A stretch of 64,000 nucleotides of DNA from a virus (lineage: Duplodnaviria; Heunggongvirae; Uroviricota; Caudoviricetes): positions 108,098-172,097 of IMG/VR virus record IMGVR_UViG_3300037400_006466, one strand, 5' to 3'. A program made the translations under genes and the position numbers. This document shows, piece after piece, positions 63,943-64,000 of the stretch. How positions within the stretch are numbered: the stretch's first letter is position 1; each line of letters starts with the position of its first letter. Under the pieces are notes generated by a model that worked only from the letters and a program-made list of their open reading frames with translations, was not told the origin of the DNA and ran no database searches.

Positions 63943-64000
63943 CGTTTTTCTTTTCCTTAGCCAGCTTTATGAGTTCATCGTAGATAGATAATCTGATTCT

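Noticed and set aside
1-64000. Stop-codon recoding (TAG or TGA) as in Lak or some crAss-like phages
   Set aside because: Long genes are intact in code 11, and TAG/TGA end genes at sensible junctions (e.g. 33701, 44864, 61991, ATGA overlaps).
1-64000. tRNA/rRNA genes, integrase, transposase, DGR reverse transcriptase
   Set aside because: None recognised by eye; intergenic gaps are short and explained by promoters and terminators. tRNAscan-SE and HMM searches would be needed to exclude them formally.

Overview
This window is a gene-dense segment of a large lytic, contractile-tailed (myovirus-like, probably jumbo) bacteriophage read in standard code 11. I saw no integrase, tRNA or CRISPR array. 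1-12.6 kb (+) is a tail/baseplate module: tape-measure-like end, hub, spike and a 2075-aa orphan. The rest is mostly (-) strand. It carries replication/repair genes (SbcC/gp46, DEDDh exonuclease, SNF2 helicase, AEP-like protein), metabolic or counter-defence genes (glyA, rtcB, pncA, two radical SAM enzymes, a PPP phosphatase, a class-3 lipase), a mosaic receptor-binding locus with BspA-type LRR tips (35.6-44.8 kb) and a free-standing GIY-YIG endonuclease. Three promoter classes can be read from the DNA: sigma70-like early, YTTTATATTA putative middle, and ACTAATTW putative late, several of them leaderless. Best candidates for new biology: (1) a locus at 17.2-19.25 kb behind the late motif, with four unrelated small proteins sharing an N-terminal tag that ends in L-x-E (like T4 capsid-targeting sequences) next to an Ocr-like DNA mimic, i.e. 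a possible packaged, co-injected anti-defence cargo; (2) four dispersed proteins sharing an MK(I/F)RxGFVSNSSSSS(F/Y) tag together with two radical SAM enzymes, a possible protein-modification system; (3) a modular fibre/LRR-tip system whose 69-bp repeats vary mainly at adenine-derived codon positions; (4) a spanin-like pair whose second gene ends in a four-strand beta anchor. The host is probably a diderm anaerobe, possibly a spirochaete (inference). All calls come from visual motif recognition; no searches were run.
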